Assembly: GCF_963921235.1 (NCBI RefSeq)
Contig: NC_086097.1
Location: 20,090,001-20,154,000, forward strand
DNA: 64,000 nt
Direction of reading: 5' to 3'
Origin: Mobula hypostoma
Taxonomy: Eukaryota
Shown: in pieces, positions 25,731 to 37,493 of the stretch
How the letters are laid out: every line of letters begins with the position of its first letter
Numbering within the stretch: position 1 is the stretch's first letter
Position numbers and translations under genes: made by a program
The notes under the pieces: generated by a model
Database searches by the model: none
Seen by the model: only the letters and a program-made list of their open reading frames with translations
What the model was told of the DNA's origin: nothing

Positions 25731-27027
25731 TCGAGATCTCATTGAAACCTACCGAATATTGAAAGGCGTAGATTGCGTGGCCGTTGACATCCACGAAAAA
25801 GTCACAAGCACCACCAGACTTTGTGCTGATAATCGTTTGATATATCAGCCAATTAAGGCAGCTGATGATAAAGATGCTCTCCAAAAAGATCTTGATAGGA
25901 TGGTTGAGTGGTCTCAACAACGGGGCATGTAGTTCAATCCTTCCAAATGTGAAACCATGCGTGTCAGCAGGCAGAGAAAACCAGGTAAAACATCATATAA
26001 AATCCTAGGTGTCACCGTTGAAGAAACCAAACACATCAAGTATCTTGGTATCAAAATCCAGAATGATCTACGCTGGAACTGTCAGAGGCATCATGCAACA
26101 GGAGTCCTAAATTTTTTGAGACGCAATTTTCATCATTGTTTAGCTTCAGTTAAGGAGAAGTTGTACCCCACCAGTGTTAAGCCACATTTAGAATATGCAG
26201 TTGCTGCATGGGACCCATACACAAACAAAAACACTACTTCCATCGAGCGAGTCCAAAGACAGGCAGCCCGATTTGTCACAAATACATATGAGAGAGAAGC
26301 GAGTGTTACTCAACTTTTAAGTTCATTAAAGTGGGACTCTCTCCAAGATAGACGCGAAGCACACCGCCTGACCTGTTTTTACAAAATGTTAAATGGTCAA
26401 CTCGACATAGACTACCAATCCCACATCAAACCCAAACCTATTAGGAGCAGACGAGGGCACTCAACTCAATTTGAAATACTACCAAGTCAGATGTGTACAG
26501 CGATTCATTCCCCCCCCCCCCCACCACCCCGCACAATTAAAGCATGGAATAATCTTCATCCTACCACAGTCACACAACTAAACCCAATTAAATTTAAGGC
26601 AGTTTTTCTTCTTCAAAAATCTCCTCCTTAAACCCACCCTCCGCCACCTCCAGATTAAATCCCATGCGGAATAATTTGGAGGATCAAGAACCAAGAACCA
26701 AGAAAGGATGTTTCCTATAGTGGGGCAACCTAGGACCAGACGGCCCCGCTTCAAAATAGAAGGACGTCCCTTTAGAACAGAAATGAGGAGGAATTTCTTT
26801 AACCAGAGGGCGATGAATCTATGGAATTCATCGCCGCGGATAGCCGTGGAGTCGTTGGGTATATTTAAAGCGGAAGTTGATAGGTTCTTGATTAGTCAGA
26901 GTATCAAAGTTTATGCGGAGAAGACCGGGGAATGGGATTGGGAGGGATAGTAAATTAGCCATGATTGAATGGCGGCGCAGAGTCGATGGGACGAATGGCC
27001 AGATTCTGCTCCTATGTCTTGTGGTCT
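25731..27027 (+). mobile_element. CR1 3' fragment hosting a nested divergent LINE, between the two promoters
   Basis: DLIETYRILKGVDCVAV-E | RMFPIVGQPRTR rejoins when 25788-26703 is removed; CR1 3' UTR and TCTTGTGGTCT tail. Confidence 0.88.
25788..26703 (+). mobile_element. Divergent CR1-group LINE, 5' truncated, (CAAGAAC)n tail
   Basis: LQKDLDRMVEWS, FNPSKC, KYLGI, LNFLRRN, LEYAVAAWDPY, IERVQRQAARFV, LKWDSLQDRR; tail CAAGAACCAAGAACCAAGAA. Confidence 0.88.
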
Positions 27028-27439
27028 TTTCTGAAGTTTAGCACATCAGGTAGAATCCAGTGCTTCGAGTGAGCTGGTCAAGATTACCAGCATTGCGGAA
27101 ACACTTGTATTTTAAGTTTGCTCTAAACTGGTTTACTATTTTTATCACTTGTACCCAAGTACAGAGAACAATTTTTATTCTGCATGCCATGCAAATTATT
27201 TGATTACAACATTTGTATTGAGGTAGCACAAGGGAAAACAATAACAGAATGCAAAATAAAATAGTCATAGTCATACTTTATTTATCCTGAGGGAAATTGG
27301 GTTTCGTTACAGAGAAAGCGCAGTTATTTAACAACATATTGCTTTATAACGAAGGCTTTTTCTGTTCTTGGGCATTAGTTTTTACATAATTATTCACTGA
27401 AGATTAATTAAGTGTGTACATTAGTGGAAAATAGATTCA

Positions 27440-27740
27440 CCCACCGGTTGCCATAGAAACGAGGCTCTTTTCCATCACGCCGGCCAGTGGGAGGGTCAAG
27501 TGGAGTGACGTCAGTGCGATCGGGCGCGACGTCACGCAGGCCGGACGTTCCGTGCCCGCTAAACACGCACAGTGCGGTGACCGTGGAGCCGGCATCGGAG
27601 CCGTGGCTCGTCTCGGGGTGAGTGGCTATCGTGGTCGTCCGGTTGTCCTGCCCGGTAAACTGCGCCGGCCCCCGGGTCGCTTGGGTGACCGTGAGCGATG
27701 CTGGTGAGAGCTTTCCCTGTTACCGGAGGTTGACACCGGC
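27440..27740 (+). promoter_or_regulatory. ENTPD5: CpG-rich ENTPD5 promoter and putative non-coding exon 1 (donor after 27617)
   Basis: Sharp local CpG/GC enrichment; X-box GTTGCCATAGAAAC 27447-27460; perfect CRE TGACGTCA 27506-27513; GACGTCAC 27528-27535; strong donor GG|GTGAGT with GT at 27618. Confidence 0.7.
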
Positions 27741-28782
27741 TGTGATGTTACTGGAAGTTTCTGCCTGTCGCCTATCAGAGCCACAAGTGTCACCTCTGCC
27801 CCGATGGCTGTGCCAAACTTTGCAATCGATCTGAGCTGATAAGGCTGCCTCTGCCCTGCTGAGGGGCTTAGTTTACCTCGTCGCTTTCCCTTTTAATCGC
27901 ATCATTTATTTTAGAAGCGTTATCGTGCTGTGTTGTGCATTTTCTTTCCTGATTATATTTCACTCCTAAGATTGTAAATCGTCTGATCATGTTCCTTCGC
28001 CCCTACTCCTGACTATTCTGATTGATTATTTTATTGGTAGATGTAGGAAGCATATCTACATTGACGAGGATGTGAATTTTTAAAGAGGAAAAACTGCATT
28101 TGCAAGACATCCAGAGAAAGAAAAACGGTCTTGGAAAATGAAAAGTTTACTATTAGTCTTTCCTGCATGACTTGCTTGTCATTTTCTTTTTAAATTTCCT
28201 GAAGACGTTTTAAAATTGTCAACGAAAAAGAATCACTGAAAGCAAAGTTAGGAAACTGACGCAATTCAGTATTGTTCTTGTGTATGTTGTTTATCCTATT
28301 ACAGACCAGAATAACCTTGTGTAAAGAAAGGAAGGGGTATGAAATCAATAAAGGGCTGAGAAATTAGGATAAGTGGAAACTTCCTTACTGGAATTGTGAA
28401 ATGGGGACGAGGGTGTAAGGAGTATCTAAGGGAAGGCATTCATTCAGTTATTTAGTAAATGGACAATGTTTGCTTGTTTTCCCTGCTGGAGATGCATTGC
28501 TGTGGTAGCTTTAAGGATTTAAGGGTGGTGACTTGTACTCTATTTATTGAGTAGATCTCAATCAGTTATCATTTGGCTGCAGGAGTACATACCTGAGCTT
28601 GCTCAGCATACCCACTGCTTCTGTGCTATTTTGAGATTCTTCACTATTTCAGATGAGATCAAGTGATAATCACTGAAAGGAATCCTGATTTATCCCACTT
28701 CTACTCTCAGCAAGTCTGGACTAAAATCAGGTAATTTAGTACCAAGCACGAATCAAATCTGGGAACTTTGTGAAATGTACAT

Positions 28783-29040
28783 GGGGCAACATGGTAGCAC
28801 AACACTTTATGGTACCAGTGACCTGGGGTCAATTCCCACCACTGTCTGTAAGAAGTTTGTTCATTCTCCCTGTGACCGCGTGGGTTTCCTCCAGGTGCTC
28901 TGGTTTCCTCCCACAGTCCAAAGACCTACTGCTTGGTAGGTTAATTGGTCATTGTAAATTGTCCCGTGATTAGGCTAGGGTTAAATAGGCAGTGTGGCTC
29001 AAAGGGCTAGAATGGCCTATTCTGCACTGTATCTCAGTAA
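28783..29040 (+). mobile_element. V-SINE/HE1-like SINE
   Basis: V-core TTCTCCCTGTGACCGCGTGGGTTTCCTCCAGGTGCTCTGGTTTCCTCCCACAGTCCAAAGAC. Confidence 0.85.
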
Positions 29041-29194
29041 ATGTGGATCAGTACCATATTACATAATGTTTATACACTGAGGTATTAGTCTTTGATACGT
29101 CTCCATGCTCACGTTACTTCTACTTATTGATAGCAATATTTATTTTATTTTAAACTTGTGAAATGAGGACTGAAAATCTTCCAATATGGAAAAC

Positions 29195-30258
29195 GCAGTG
29201 GCCAATTGGCAGGAGGCAAAGAGTGGGAATAAAGGGAGCCTTATCTGACTGGCTGCCGGTGACTAGTGATGTTCCACAGGGGTCTGTGTTGGGATCAATT
29301 CTTTTCAGTGACCTGGATGATGGAATTGATGGCTTTGTGGCAAAGTTTGTAGATGATATGAAGATAGGTGGAGGGGCAGGTAGTTTTGAGGAAGAAGACT
29401 GGCTACAGAAGGACTTAGACAGAGAATGGGCAAAAGAGTGGCAGATAGAATACAGTGTCAGGAAGTGTATGGTCATGTACTTAAGGTAGAAGAAATATAA
29501 GGGTAGACTATTTTCTAAATGGGGGAAAAAAAATTCAAAAATCTGAGGTGCATAGGACCTTGTGTAGTATTCCCTAAACATTACTTTGCAGGTTGAGTCT
29601 GTGGTGAAGAACGCAAATGTGATATTAGCATTCATTTCAAGAAAACTAGAACATAAAAGCAAAGATGTAATGCTGGGGCTGCATAAAGCACTGGTGAGGT
29701 CTCACTTGAAGTATTGTGAGCAGTTTTGGGCCCCTTATCTAAGAAAGGATGTGCTGACGTTGGAGAGAATTCAGAGGAGGTTCACAAAAGTGATTCCAAG
29801 ATTGAAAGGATTGTCATATCAACAGCATTTGATGGCTCTGGGCCTGTACTCACTAGAATTCAGAAGGTATGAGGAGAGACCTCTGAAACCTATTGAACAT
29901 TGAAAGGCCTCAGTAGAGAGGCTGAGAGGCTGCTTCCTACAGTGGGAGAGTCTACGACCAGAGGACACAACCCGAGAGTATAGGGGTGTCCTTTTTTAGA
30001 ATGGAGATGAAGAGAGATTTCTTTAGCCAGAGAGTGGTGAATCTGTGGAATTTGTTGCCACAGGTGGTTGTGGAGGCCAAGTTTTTGCGTATGTTTAAGG
30101 CAGAAGTTGATAGATCCTTGATTAGTCAGGGTATGAAGAGATACAGGGAGAAGGCAGGAGATTGGGGGCTGAGAGGAACAATGGATCAGCAATAATGAAA
30201 AGGCAGAGCAGATTCAATGGACCATATGGCCTAGCTCTGCTCCATATCTAATGGTCCA
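29195..30258 (+). mobile_element. Degraded CR1 3' half
   Basis: ORFs 29163-29489, 29586-29903 and 29986-30195 with VPQGSVLG and QFWAPYLRKD. Confidence 0.9.
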
Positions 30259-30600
30259 ACATCATTTTACCTTTCTCTGCGTCTGTGAGTAAACTCGAGT
30301 GACTGACATACGGCTTTTACATATCTAACAGCATTACTGAATAGTATAGCAAAATATGGAAAGTATCTTATTCTGTAACCATGTTCCATGTTGTAGTCGT
30401 AGAACTATACAGCAAAGAGATGGGCCACTTGGCCCAACTCATTCAGACACCTTAAGGAGGGAGTGTTTTGCATATTTTTATGCAAGAAGGTTTGCTGACA
30501 AATATTTTGCTAAACTTGTACTTCCAGATGTACAAAGTCAGATCAATTTTCCAGATTTAATCTCCATCCCCAATGCTACTGTTTACTCATCCACAGAAAG

Positions 30601-30829
30601 ATGGAATCCTCAAGAAAGCTCTTGGTTCTGGCATCCCTTGTGTCCTTGGTTTACATTTCATCGTCAGAAGTAGACATTTATCACCCTCAATATGGAATTG
30701 GAAATCAGGACATATTATCCTCAAGATTAAGTTCTGGAAATGTATCCAACGTGTTTTATGGAATCGTATTTGATGCTGGAAGCACAGGGACACGCATTCA
30801 TATCTACACATTTGTACAGAAGGGTCCTG
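30601..30829 (+). CDS. ENTPD5: ENTPD5 first coding exon: signal peptide plus ACR1 (YGIVFDAGSTGTRIHIYTF)
   Basis: CCACAG acceptor just upstream of ATG; hydrophobic N-terminus; DAGSTGTR is GDA1/CD39 ACR1; donor G|GTGAGT. Confidence 0.95.
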
Positions 30830-31257
30830 GTGAGTGCAGTTTATGTATTTAGTAAAGTCATTAGCTTATTTTGATTTGGTCATCTTGAATTTTTATTTCA
30901 TACAGTTGAATCTGCTGCGTTTGAAGATTTTAAGGAGAAATTTTAGCTTTATTTGTCACATGTACATCAAAACCTACAGTGAAATGCATAATTTGCATCA
31001 AATCAGATTGCTAAGGGCAGCCTGTAAGTGTTGCCATGCTTCCAGTGTCAACATAGCATGTCCACAATTCAATAACTCTAATTTGTACATCTTTGGAATG
31101 TGAGATGAAACCAGCAAAGGTCACACAGTCATGGGGAGAACGAACAAGCTCCTTATAGACAAACCTGATCAGTGATCGTCAGTGCTGTAAAGTGATAGAG
31201 CTAATTTCTATCATATCTATCACTTCCCAATAAACAACAAATTAACAAGTTTGTTCA

Positions 31258-32120
31258 CAAACAAGAGAAAATCTGCAGATGCTGGAAATCCAAGCAACAA
31301 ACACAAAATGCTGGAGGAACACAGCAGGCCAGGCAGCAGCTATGGACAAGAGTAAATAGTCAACATTTCGGCCAGGACTGGAGGAAAAAAAGCTGAGCAA
31401 TAGATTTAAAAGGTGGGGGGAGGGGAGAGAAAAGCACAAGGTGATAGGTGAAACCTGAAAGGGGAGGAATGAAGTGAAGAGCTGGGAAGTTGATTGATGA
31501 AGGAGATAAAGGGCTAGAGAAGGGGGAGTCTGACAGAAGAGGACAGAAGGCCATGGAAGAAGGAAAAGGGGGAGGAGCACCAGAGGAAAGCAAAGGGTAG
31601 GCAAGGAGATAAGGTGAGAGAGGGAAAAGGGGATGGGGATATTTGTTTGCCATAAATATGAATGAATTTGGTGAGGATGTAAGTGTCATGAATATTAAGT
31701 TTGTAAATTACATCAAAATTGGTACCTTAGTGGAAAGTGAAGGTTGTCTAAGGTTGTACATGATATACACCTGGGGAACACATACAAAATGCTGGAGGAA
31801 CTATGGAGAGGAATAAACAGCTGCTGTTTTGGGCCAATATCTTACTTGATGACCGGAAAGGAAGGTTGAAGAAGACAGAATAAGGAGGGAGGGGAATACA
31901 AGCTAGCAGGTGATAGGTGATAGGTGAAGCTACCTGGGTGGGGGAGGGAGGGTGAAGTGATTACCTGAGGGATGTTGGGTGTGGGTGGGGGGAGTAAAGG
32001 GCTGAAGGAGAGGAGTGTGTATCATGGGAGTAAGTGAAGGAAGAGGGGCACCAAAGGTGAGGAGAAGAGAAGGGGTAAGAGGGGAGCCAGAATGAGGAAT
32101 GGAAAAGGAGAGAAGGGAGA
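31258..32120 (-). mobile_element. Two Penelope-like terminal fragments (31258-31640 and about 31775-32120)
   Basis: ATCTGCAGATGCTGGAAATCCAAGCAAC..AAATGCTGGAGGAAC motif plus purine-rich tracts; hammerhead core deleted or degraded. Confidence 0.65.
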
Positions 32121-32509
32121 TCAACTGGCCAAGTGGGCTATAGAAGGGCAAGTGGAACTTAACCTCAGCAAGTATAAAGTGATGAATTTTGAGAACTTAA
32201 ACCAGGATATTTCACACAGTGAATGGCATAATCCCCTGGAGAGTTGCTAATCATAGATGCCTTGGGGTACAAGCTAGACAAGGTGCTGAAGAAGGCATTT
32301 TGAATGCTTGCTGTCATTAGCTAAGGTATCGAGTATGAGTTGGGTGTCATGTCACAAATGTACAAAATATTGGTTAAGCCAAACCTGAAGTAGTGTTTGC
32401 AGTTCTGGTTGTTACTCTGCAGGAAAGATGTGATTAAGCCAGAGTGTGTGCTGAAGAGATCCACAAGGATGTTGCCTGGATAGGAGGGTGAGTTATAAGG
32501 AGAGATTGG

Positions 32510-32822
32510 TGCTCCCCCTCATTTCATCTCTACCATCTCCTGTCAGGTTCTTTCTTCTTCAGCTCTTTACTTCTTCCATCTATCACCTCCCAGTTTCTCA
32601 CTTCATCCTCCTTTCTCCACCCCCCCCCCACCCACCCACCTGCTTTCTCCCATCAACTACCAGCTTGTACTCCTTCCACTCACCCAAACTTCTTATTTCG
32701 GCTTCTTCCCCTTCCTTTCCAGTCCTGATGAAGGGTGTTGGCCTGAAACATTGTTTATTCCTCTCTCTATAGATGCTGCCTGACCTGCTGAGTTCCTCCA
32801 GCATTTTGTGTGTGTGTTGCAT
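32510..32822 (+). mobile_element. Penelope-like terminal fragment inserted in a degraded CR1 (about 32120-33215)
   Basis: Pyrimidine tract, CCAGTCCTGATGAAGGG..GAAAC, then ATAGATGCTGCCTGACCTGCTGAGTTCCTCCAGCATTTTGTGTG. Confidence 0.7.
32720..32757 (+). ncRNA. Minimal hammerhead ribozyme motif with intact CUGAUGA/GAAA core and decayed 3' arm
   Basis: CAGTC-CTGATGA-AGGG TGTTGG CCT-GAAA-CATT-GTTTA. Confidence 0.55.
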
Positions 32823-33500
32823 ATGAAAGGCTAGAGCTGCTTTTCCTGGGGCAAATGAGATTGAGAGGTGATGTGATATTAGCTGTGTTGATAGGTTAGA
32901 TAGTCAGAATATGTTTCCCAAGGTCGGGGGGTCTGAAACTAGAGGGCACATATGTAAGGTGATAAGGAAGAGGCCTAAGAGGGATCTGAGGAGTTTCACA
33001 TGAAGCGTCTGTGGTAAAGGGAATGAGCTTCCAGAGGAGGTGATTGAAGTCAGATTAGTACAACATTCAAGAGGCATCTTGACAGGTACTTGAATGACCA
33101 GGCCATAGATGGAAATGGATCTAATGCAGGGAAGTGAGATTAGTTTAGATGAGCAAGTTGGTCAGCATGGATGCAGTTGGCCAAGGGGCCTGCTTCTGTG
33201 CTGTACTGTTTCTATCACTGTTATTAAACTGTATTTTGTAGGGTAGAACTGGTAATGATAGAATAATTACAACTTGCATGCCCATATTTAATGTAATGAC
33301 TGAACCTATAAAAAAGTTGTGAATATAATTTAATCTGTGTAAGTTTCCCTGTTTCAAAATTAATTCATCAGATGTGAAACTGAGTGCCATAATTTATATA
33401 AAAAAGCATTTCCTCTTGTTGAATATCGAGATCAAGATTTTTTTTTACAACATTCACTGTATTGTAAAAATGGTAATCGATGCATTTTTCTTTTAACCAG

Positions 33501-33577
33501 AACCCCCTCAATTGTCCAGTGAAATATTTGAGTCAGTAAAACCCGGTCTGTCAGCTTATGCAGATGACCCTGAGCAG
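33501..33577 (+). CDS. ENTPD5: ENTPD5 coding exon 2 (EPPQLSSEIFESVKPGLSAYADDPEQ)
   Basis: Polypyrimidine tract then CCAG acceptor, CAG|GTGCGT donor; KPGLS motif; phase-consistent. Confidence 0.95.
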
Positions 33578-34014
33578 GTGCGTACTACATTTCTTCTTGG
33601 GAAATTCAGTTAGTTAGTTGTCTTGGAAGTTATAGCTATGTATCATTTGTGTGTTTACAGTATACAGGCAGTCAGCAGGTTATGGCAGGGCTCAGTTCCT
33701 GAGTAATGTTCTAAACCCAAAATGTTTGGAGGTCAAAAATGGATAAAATCACTGTGTGGGTGAGGATAACAGAAGAAGCCGTGGCGGAAGAGTGATCAGG
33801 CGCGGGAAGAACCTCACTGACTCTGAGTGACTCTGCTCGGTGCTCCCAGATCTGCTTGGTTTGACCCAGCACCTGATTCTTGTAGCTCGATGGAAGTGGT
33901 GAGGGGGAGAGAATGCACAAAGAACCCCCATTCCCACACAGAAGATGCCTGCAGCCCTTTGCAGTCAGTAAATCCAGCCCCATCCGTCCCACCTGTCTCC
34001 CAAATGGTTGTTCA

Positions 34015-34575
34015 GCATACAAGTATTGATAAGATTGAAAGAGTGCAGAGAAAATTACAAGGATGTTGCTGGGGCTTGAGGCCCTGAGTTATAGGAAAAG
34101 GTTGAATAGGTGAGGACTTTATCCCCTGGAGCATAGGAAAATGAGGGGAGATTCGATAAAGGGATATAGCTTGGATTTATGCAAGCAGGCTTTTTTCACT
34201 GACGCTGAATGAGACTGGAACTAGAGGTCATGGGTTAAGGGTGAAAGGTGAAAAGTTTAAGTGGAACATGAGGGTGGTGAGAGTGTGGAACGAGCTGCCA
34301 GCAGAATCGGAATCTGGTTTAATATCACTGACATATGTCGTGAAGTTTGCTGTCTTTGTGGCAGCAATACACTGCAATACATAATAATAGAGAAAAAATG
34401 TGAGCAGTGGTCATGGATTTTAGTGATGGATGTATGTTCAATTTCAACACTTAAGAGAAACTTGGGTAAGTAAGGATGTGGAGGGCTGTGGTCCAAGTGC
34501 AGGTCAATGGGACTAGGAAGAATAAGCTTGATGGGCTGAAAGGCCTGTTTCAGTGCTGTACTGTTTTATGACCCT
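34015..34575 (+). mobile_element. CR1 3' fragment
   Basis: IDKIERVQRK, RLNR.GLY.LE and TRGHGLRVKG remnants; boundaries approximate. Confidence 0.75.
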
Positions 34576-35429
34576 AAGCTGGGTGTTCATGATCTGTGGA
34601 AGCCCTGTAATTAAACTAACAATAATGCAGATACATTTCAAATATGATACTTAAGAACACTTAATTGGAAATTTTGAATTGTTTAATGTGCATGAAAGGT
34701 AGAGTTTTATGCACCTGCACTAATAATTATGGTTAAATGATAATGCTGTGTACTTTAATTGCTGCATGAGAAGCAGAGTTCTAAGTGATTTCAGTGTATA
34801 AGAACAAGTTTGATCCTGTTCACTTTTACTTCATCTTATTTTTTTTACATGAAGGGAGGTAGATTTCAGGTGGGTAGGAAGAGGAAGAGAATCTTTCAAT
34901 CTCATTTGATATTTGATACGTGGGTAGAATTGTGCAGGATTTGACCTGTTCCTTCAATGACCATACGTGTGGGTTGAATATAACAAGCTTGTACATTTTC
35001 CCCATGAACCGTGTGGGTTTTCTCCAGTGCTCCTGTTTCCTCCCACAGTCCAAAGACCTACCGATAGTAGGTTGATTGGTCACTGTAAACTGTTCTGCAA
35101 AGTTGGTGTTAAACAGGTGGGTTGCAGAGTGGTGCGTCTTGTTGGGCTGCTGTATCCGCAAATAAGTAAATAACAGTGAGCACCAGTAACCACTCTGTTT
35201 TGTTTTCGTCATCTTGTAGATGAGTACATGTGAACAAATTACAAATAACTTTGGAATACAAAAGGCATTATATAGGCACGAACAGTGGTGTCCTTATTGG
35301 CAGCAGTGTGCTGCAACAGGGCTTTGTTTGTTCTGCGACAGTTTGAATCAATCCCTCTGCCTTGGATGCCAACTCCAGCTTGTGCGGAACAGACAAGGAA
35401 TGTGCCTAAAGCAATCTGATGTGTTTTAG

Positions 35430-35573
35430 GGTGCAGAGACCGTGCGTGGGCTGCTGGACATAGCCAAGCAGGCAATACCTTCAACATACTGGTATACTAC
35501 CCCAGTGGTACTGAAAGCCACGGCAGGACTACGACTGCTTCCCAAGCAGAAAGCACAAGCTCTGCTATTAGAG
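35430..35573 (+). CDS. ENTPD5: ENTPD5 coding exon 3 with ACR2 ([15 protein letters not shown])
   Basis: TTTTAG acceptor, GAG|GTATGG donor, 144 nt. Confidence 0.96.
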
Positions 35574-35691
35574 GTATGGCCTTTGAGTGCTATTGCAGAA
35601 CTGACAGAGTATTTACTTGTGATTTTACGGAAGGTGGGGTGGGGCGTGGAATCTGGTACGTAGTGTCACTCTGTTTGGTATACATACAGTA

Positions 35692-36252
35692 CACTCAGTA
35701 GCATCTTTATTAGGGAGCTGCTGTACCTAATAAAGTGGCCACTAAGTATATTTTTATGGTCTTCCTCCCACACTCCCATTTCAAGGTTTGACATGTACTC
35801 AATACTTTAATTTATGAAGGCCAATGTGCCAAAAGCTATCTGCCTGTGACGGTTATTTGAGTTACTGTCACCTTCCTGTCAGCTTGAGCCAGCCTGGCCA
35901 TTCTCTTCTCGCCTCTCTCATTAACAAGGCATTGTTGCCCACAGAACTGCCGCTCACTGGGCGTGCGTTGTTTGTCGTACCATTCTCTGTAAACTTTAGA
36001 GACTGTTGTGTGTGAAAGTCCCAGGAGATCAGTTTTGTGATCCTCAAACCACCCTGTCTGGCACTAACAGTCAGTCCATGGTGAAAGTCACTTGGATCAC
36101 ATTTCTTCCCCATTCTCATGTTTGGTCTGAACAGCAGCTGAATCTCTTGACCATGTCTGCATGCTTTTATGTGTTGAGTTGCTGCCATATGATTGGCTGA
36201 TTGGATATTTGTATTAACAAGCAGGTGTGACTAGTAAAGTGGACACTGAGTG
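35692..36252 (-). mobile_element. Tc1-derived internally deleted element
   Basis: TA|CACTCAGT...ACTGAGTG ends; minus-strand transposase N-terminal remnant MGKKCD.SDF..G..V.ARQGGL. Confidence 0.8.
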
Positions 36253-36369
36253 TTGTTTGTGGGCCAAATGGCTGGTTTTCAAATTTTCCATAATGTCCTA
36301 GACAGGGTGGGGGGGGGGAGGTGGGCTTGCCTGTATATTTTATTGTAGGATAAAAGACTTTGCAAATGA

Positions 36370-37330
36370 TTCAAGATTGACAGTGATAGGAAAGCTTCAG
36401 ACTGCAGGAAGATGTGGGTGATCTTAACTGGGCAGAAAATGGCAAGAGTTCATAGATCGCAAGGGGTGGTGGCGGAGGGGTGTTACCGATTTGGAGTTCT
36501 GTCATCAGTGATGTTCTGTAAGGGTCAGTGCTGGGATCTCTGCTGCATGTAATAATGAACTGGGCAAAATTGTAGGTGTTCTGATTAGTGCATTTGCAGA
36601 TGAGACAAAAATTTGTAGAATTGTGGGTGGGGAAGCAATTTGTCAAAGGATACAGCACAATTTGATCAGATAAAAATGTGGTCTGAGGATTGGCAAATGG
36701 ACAATGTGAAGTGGTGCATTTTGGGAAGTCAAATGCAGGAGAAGAATTACACAACTCTTTGGAGCAATGAGTACAGAGTGATCTTGGGATGCAAGTCCGC
36801 GACTCCCTGAAAGTGGCAACAGAAGCGGGTGGTAAAGAAAACATGGCATGCTTGTCTTCATTCAGGCGTTGAGTATAAAAGCTGGCAAGCCATGCTGAGC
36901 TGTGTAAAACTTCGGTTCGGCTACATTTGGGATATTGTGTGCAGTTCTGGTTGCTGCATTCAAGATAAGGATGTGGAGTCTTTGAAGTGGGTGCTGAAGA
37001 GGATCTCTAGGACGTTGCTCAGTTTAGAGTGAATTCACCATGAGGAGAGATTAGACAAACTTGAACTGTTTTCTCTGGAGCACCAGAGGCTGAAGGGCAA
37101 CTTTATAAAAGTACATAAAATTCTGCGAGATGTGGATAGTGTAGACGGTAAAATTCTAGAGGACATAGGTGTAAAGGAGGGGAAGTGGCAAAAGCAACAT
37201 TTAAGAAACATTTATATAGACACATGAACAGGCAGGGAATGGAGGGATAAGGACCTAGTGCAAGCAGATGGGGTTAGTTTGCAGATTAGCAGATGACGTC
37301 TTTGTGGGGAGAGGGGCTTGTCCTGTGCAG
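36370..37330 (+). mobile_element. Old degraded CR1 fragment
   Basis: GSVLG, FADETK, CEVVHFG and VEYKSW remnants. Confidence 0.7.
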
Positions 37331-37493
37331 CACTGCTCTGTGTTCTAGATTGTATAAATTGCACATGGACAAATGTGGCAAGAAGCACTTATGGCAGCAA
37401 ACATCTCCAGTAAAGGAATCTAATCACCACCTCCAGCAAGAGTATCTATTGCCAAGCAGAGACATTACTGGCATTGAGTCCCACAGCTGACCT

